A stretch of DNA of 64,000 nt from Phormidesmis sp. (GTDB taxonomy: Bacteria > Cyanobacteriota > Cyanobacteriia > Leptolyngbyales > Leptolyngbyaceae). The notes under the pieces were generated by a model. The model was given only the letters and a program-made list of their open reading frames with translations, did no database searches and was not told the DNA's origin. The translations under genes and the position numbers were made by a program. Positions 62,138 to 64,000 of this stretch are shown piece by piece. The number at the start of each line of letters is the position of its first letter. Positions within the stretch are counted from its first letter, which is position 1. The stretch is from positions 448,001 through 512,000 of the forward strand of contig CBDFJR010000002.1 of assembly GCA_965248535.1 (NCBI GenBank). Reading direction: 5' to 3'.

Positions 62138-63820
62138 CTAACTACCCGGTTTAAAAATCGTTGTACGGGAAATATACCAGGTTAACGTTGCTCCTGCGAT
62201 CGTCAGGGCCGACAGGGCCAAAAACACGACTCGCAAGCCAAATAAGGTCTCAGACACCCCCGCCAGCACGAGGGGCAAACTCAAGGCAATGTTAATCGCA
62301 TTATTTTGCAACCCAAACACTTTACCGCGCATAGCTTCTGGCGTTTCTTGCTGAATGGTTGTCTGCATGGGGATGCCCACTAAAGAGGCAAACGCGCCCA
62401 GCGTCGCAATCAGCAGCAGCGAAGCCCAGAGATGCTGATAGAAAAACGCCAGTCCGATCAGCGAGGCTGACATCCCGATCGAGCCATATAGCCCCAGTCG
62501 AGCGTGGGCAAAGCGCTGCCCAAAGGTGCCCAGCACAGCGGCCCCCGCGGCCATGCCGACTCCGCCCGCCGCCAGCAAAAAGCCAAACTGAGAAGATTTG
62601 ATTTCTGGAATCACTTCCGCTAGCCGCACCGCTAACACCGCCAGCGCCGCGAAGATCGAAAACAAAATCACTAGCTGAATCAGCGCACTGCGAACGTGGG
62701 CCTCTTTGCCCAAATAGCGCAAGCCATCTTTAATGTCTTCCCAGACGTGGGGTGGCTCTTCGGCGGGCACCTCAACGCCATTGAGAACCACCGTTTTGGA
62801 TTTTTCTCCTGTCTTGAGAACAATCAGCAGCAGTCCGGCGATCGCATAGCCGCCCCCTACCAGCACTTCTTTGCCCACATCGGCAAAGCCCCCCAGTTGG
62901 CTAAACAGGGTGTCTGCCAGCGCTAAAAGCGGCTCACCGACGGCAAACCCAATAATCACCGAGGCCATCATCGTCGTGGTGTAGAGCGAGTTGGCTGACA
63001 GCAGATGCCGCCGCTCGACGATTAACGGAATCGCAGACTGCTCCGCTGGTGCAAAAAACTGAGTCAGGGTTGACACCAAAAACGTGATGCCCAACATTAA
63101 GCCAAAGCCGACGGGCAGGTTTTTCACGGTTGTCCAGTCTTTTGAGATCCACAGCAGGGGGGGCAACACAAACACCAGTGCGCCCCGCAGCAGATTAGTC
63201 GCAACTAGGACTGTTTTTTTAGACCAGCGATCGACAAACACCCCGGCCACTGAGCCAAACAGCACCGCCGGAATGGTGAAGGCAATCATGATCGACGACA
63301 CCCAGCCGCTAATAGTCTGACCTTCTGCCTGAAAGCGGCTCTCGATCAGGGCAATCATCAGCACCAAATAGACTTTATCGGAGAGTTGAGAAAAAACCTG
63401 CCCGGCCCACAGCGTCAAAAAGTTACGGTTTTTGAGCACGGGCGCAAACCCCCGCTCATCTGGCTCGTCATCGCCCGGTGGCTCAGGAGTTTCGTGAACC
63501 GGAGCTTCGTTAGATGGCTCTGGGGCAGGCAGCAGCCCCCCGATCGTGTCGCTTGACAGATGCTTGCCTGACCCATTGACGGTGTTATCTGACACATCTG
63601 GCTTAATCGACCCAGGTTGACTAGCCCCGTTGAAATCATCTGCTGGCGTTTCTTCGGTTCTGAGCATGGCTAAACTTCTCTCTTGACTTATACGATCGCG
63701 CTCAAACTCGATTCCTTCGACCCCACTGCGCCAAGGGTCGGGGACGGGCGGATAGGGGCGAGGGTCAGGGTGGTGGGGAGAAGACATCAGCACGTAATCA
63801 GATAGATGAGATCGCATCAT
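62138..63820 (-). CDS. MFS transporter with long disordered N-terminus (start 63820 or 63787)
   Basis: FLTLWAGQVFSQ, GVFVDRWSKK, MRGKVFG; about 12 TM segments. Confidence 0.92.
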   Translation of the reverse strand: MMRSHLSDYVLMSSPHHPDPRPYPPVPDPWRSGVEGIEFERDRISQERSLAMLRTEETPADDFNGASQPGSIKPDVSDNTVNGSGKHLSSDTIGGLLPAPEPSNEAPVHETPEPPGDDEPDERGFAPVLKNRNFLTLWAGQVFSQLSDKVYLVLMIALIESRFQAEGQTISGWVSSIMIAFTIPAVLFGSVAGVFVDRWSKKTVLVATNLLRGALVFVLPPLLWISKDWTTVKNLPVGFGLMLGITFLVSTLTQFFAPAEQSAIPLIVERRHLLSANSLYTTTMMASVIIGFAVGEPLLALADTLFSQLGGFADVGKEVLVGGGYAIAGLLLIVLKTGEKSKTVVLNGVEVPAEEPPHVWEDIKDGLRYLGKEAHVRSALIQLVILFSIFAALAVLAVRLAEVIPEIKSSQFGFLLAAGGVGMAAGAAVLGTFGQRFAHARLGLYGSIGMSASLIGLAFFYQHLWASLLLIATLGAFASLVGIPMQTTIQQETPEAMRGKVFGLQNNAINIALSLPLVLAGVSETLFGLRVVFLALSALTIAGATLTWYISRTTIFKPGS

Positions 63821-63822
63821 GG

Positions 63823-63999
63823 TTAAGCAGACGGTTCAGCGAAGAGGGCAGGAGCAAAGCAGCTATCAATCAAGACCGCAGAGCGAATGGGCTGATCGAA
63901 GTGATAGTGGGCATAGTGGCGCAGCAGACGCTCGATCGCAAACCAAGCTTCCTCTGTGGTGGCTGCGTTGGGGGGGAGGTCGGGGGCGGCGAGTTCTTG
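63823..63999 (-). CDS. recO: DNA repair protein RecO, C-terminal fragment (gene starts beyond window end)
   Basis: Manual translation gives ...EAWFAIERLLRHYAHYHFDQPIRSAVLIDSCF...*; recO-MFS-GT synteny typical of cyanobacteria. Confidence 0.75.
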   Translation of the reverse strand, partial: QELAAPDLPPNAATTEEAWFAIERLLRHYAHYHFDQPIRSAVLIDSCFAPALFAEPSA

Positions 64000-64000
64000 C

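Overview
Chromosomal window of a cyanobacterium, probably a motile filamentous one. The HIP1 octamer GCGATCGC is very abundant, and the window carries por, dgdA-like, rbp-rpsU, patA-type and hpsE-like genes. Contents, left to right: the end of a pstCAB operon; a dCache-GAF histidine kinase; a transglutaminase-like gene; a lipid kinase; a small accessory islet (PemK/MazF toxin-antitoxin pair, XRE regulator, small ORFs); a P-type ATPase; three glycosyltransferases converging on a complete pix/ptx-type phototaxis cluster whose soluble MCP has five GAF domains; rbp-rpsU; an 8-gene minus-strand run from an NCS2 nucleobase permease through a Rieske oxygenase to a Na+/H+ antiporter; secreted hypothetical proteins; GH2-galT; a Zn-dependent phospholipase C-like gene; a cellulose-synthase-like GT2; a regulatory cluster (OmpR, pseudo-receiver, Crp/Fnr, GAF kinase); a structured non-coding element followed by a frameshifted Fic gene; and conserved core genes (yvcK, mlaF/mlaD, por, DUF3288, dgdA, MFS, recO). 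The most interesting candidates are: (1) a putative NtcA/GntR-controlled purine-scavenging operon built around an HpxD-like Rieske oxygenase; (2) a multi-stem RNA-like element at about 53755-53924 upstream of the Fic gene; (3) a Cys-cluster-less Fnr-type regulator with a perfect TTGAT-N4-ATCAA box just downstream; (4) a multi-colour cyanobacteriochrome MCP that includes an insert-Cys GAF. No rRNA, tRNA, CRISPR array, transposase or integrase was recognised. Several small indels could be assembly errors. All family calls come from motif recognition by eye; no database searches were run.
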